Shown: positions 40,120-64,000 of the stretch, one piece after another
Position numbering within the stretch: the stretch's first letter is position 1
Layout of the letters: each line of letters starts with the position of its first letter
From: Camelus dromedarius
Lineage: Eukaryota
Direction of reading: 5' to 3'
Assembly: GCF_036321535.1 (NCBI RefSeq)
Contig: NC_087447.1
Coordinates: 42,224,001 to 42,288,000, forward strand
DNA: 64,000 nucleotides
The notes under the pieces: generated by a model
What the model was told of the DNA's origin: nothing
What the model saw: the letters and a program-made list of their open reading frames with translations, nothing else
Databases searched by the model: none
Position numbers and translations under genes: made by a program

Positions 40120-63460
<23,341 letters not shown>

Positions 63461-64000
63461 CTGTCATTAAAATGCAGGAGTGAGTCTATTTCCTTGAGGC
63501 ACTCCTCAGGTGGACCGTCTCCACACAGACCTCTTTTTTTTTCTTTCCCCCATTGCTGAATTATTTTGTTGTTTGTATGTTCTTTTTCAAAAACAAAAGA
63601 TAACTTTTTAAAAACTATAGCTCAATCATTCTCAATGTTGTATGTTAAGAAGTATTCATTTTAAATAAGAACAGGAATATTGGAGGTTTGAGTTTTTCTA
63701 GAGTGGTCAAAGGTGTCTGTATGGAATATGCACATGGAGAGAGCTAGGAGCAGAGCACAGGGAGAGGCTACATAATGTCCACAATGTAAGGTTAACGGTG
63801 TGGAAGGGCCTTGATCTGCGGCAAGGCTTCACCGCTGACTAGTGGTACAACCAAGGCACTTACCTCCGCTCAGCCTCAAAGTCCTCTCTGAAAAGTGGGA
63901 CATAATAGTGCCTACAGCAGAGGGCTGCTGTGACAAATGAATACTCAGGACAATCACCAACATTTACTAAATCTTTACCGCATGCCGGGCCATTGTCTCA

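Overview
Mammalian genomic DNA, not microbial. It is most likely a camelid, judging by seven copies of a tRNA-Ala(AGC)-derived SINE with a GGGGAGGGTATAGCTCAGTGG head. The window holds the conserved ZNF143-WEE1 locus on the minus strand. WEE1 is complete: 11 coding exons from ATG 23147 to TGA 10713, 1938 nt, 645 aa, all introns GT-AG, with a CpG-island promoter and a ~1.2 kb 3'UTR. ZNF143 is partial: its last 8 coding exons, 63460 to TAA 40120, 383 aa, zinc fingers 2-7 plus the C-terminus; the 5' part lies beyond the window. The rest is intronic or intergenic: a 5'-truncated RPL9 processed pseudogene, L1/L2/MIR/MER/LTR relics and SINEs. I find no evidence of a new multi-gene system. The best leads are RNA-processing and regulatory features: (1) a 21-nt tandem duplication of a ZNF143 5' splice site that offers an in-frame +7 aa isoform; (2) an inverted 92%-identical SINE pair flanking the frame-symmetric ZNF143 finger 6-7 exon; (3) a tailless 5'-half tRNA-Ile retrocopy that ends at the anticodon; (4) a D-box/MYB/CHR module in WEE1 intron 1; (5) a candidate cryptic exon downstream of WEE1. 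Repeat boundaries and family names were assigned by eye and are approximate.
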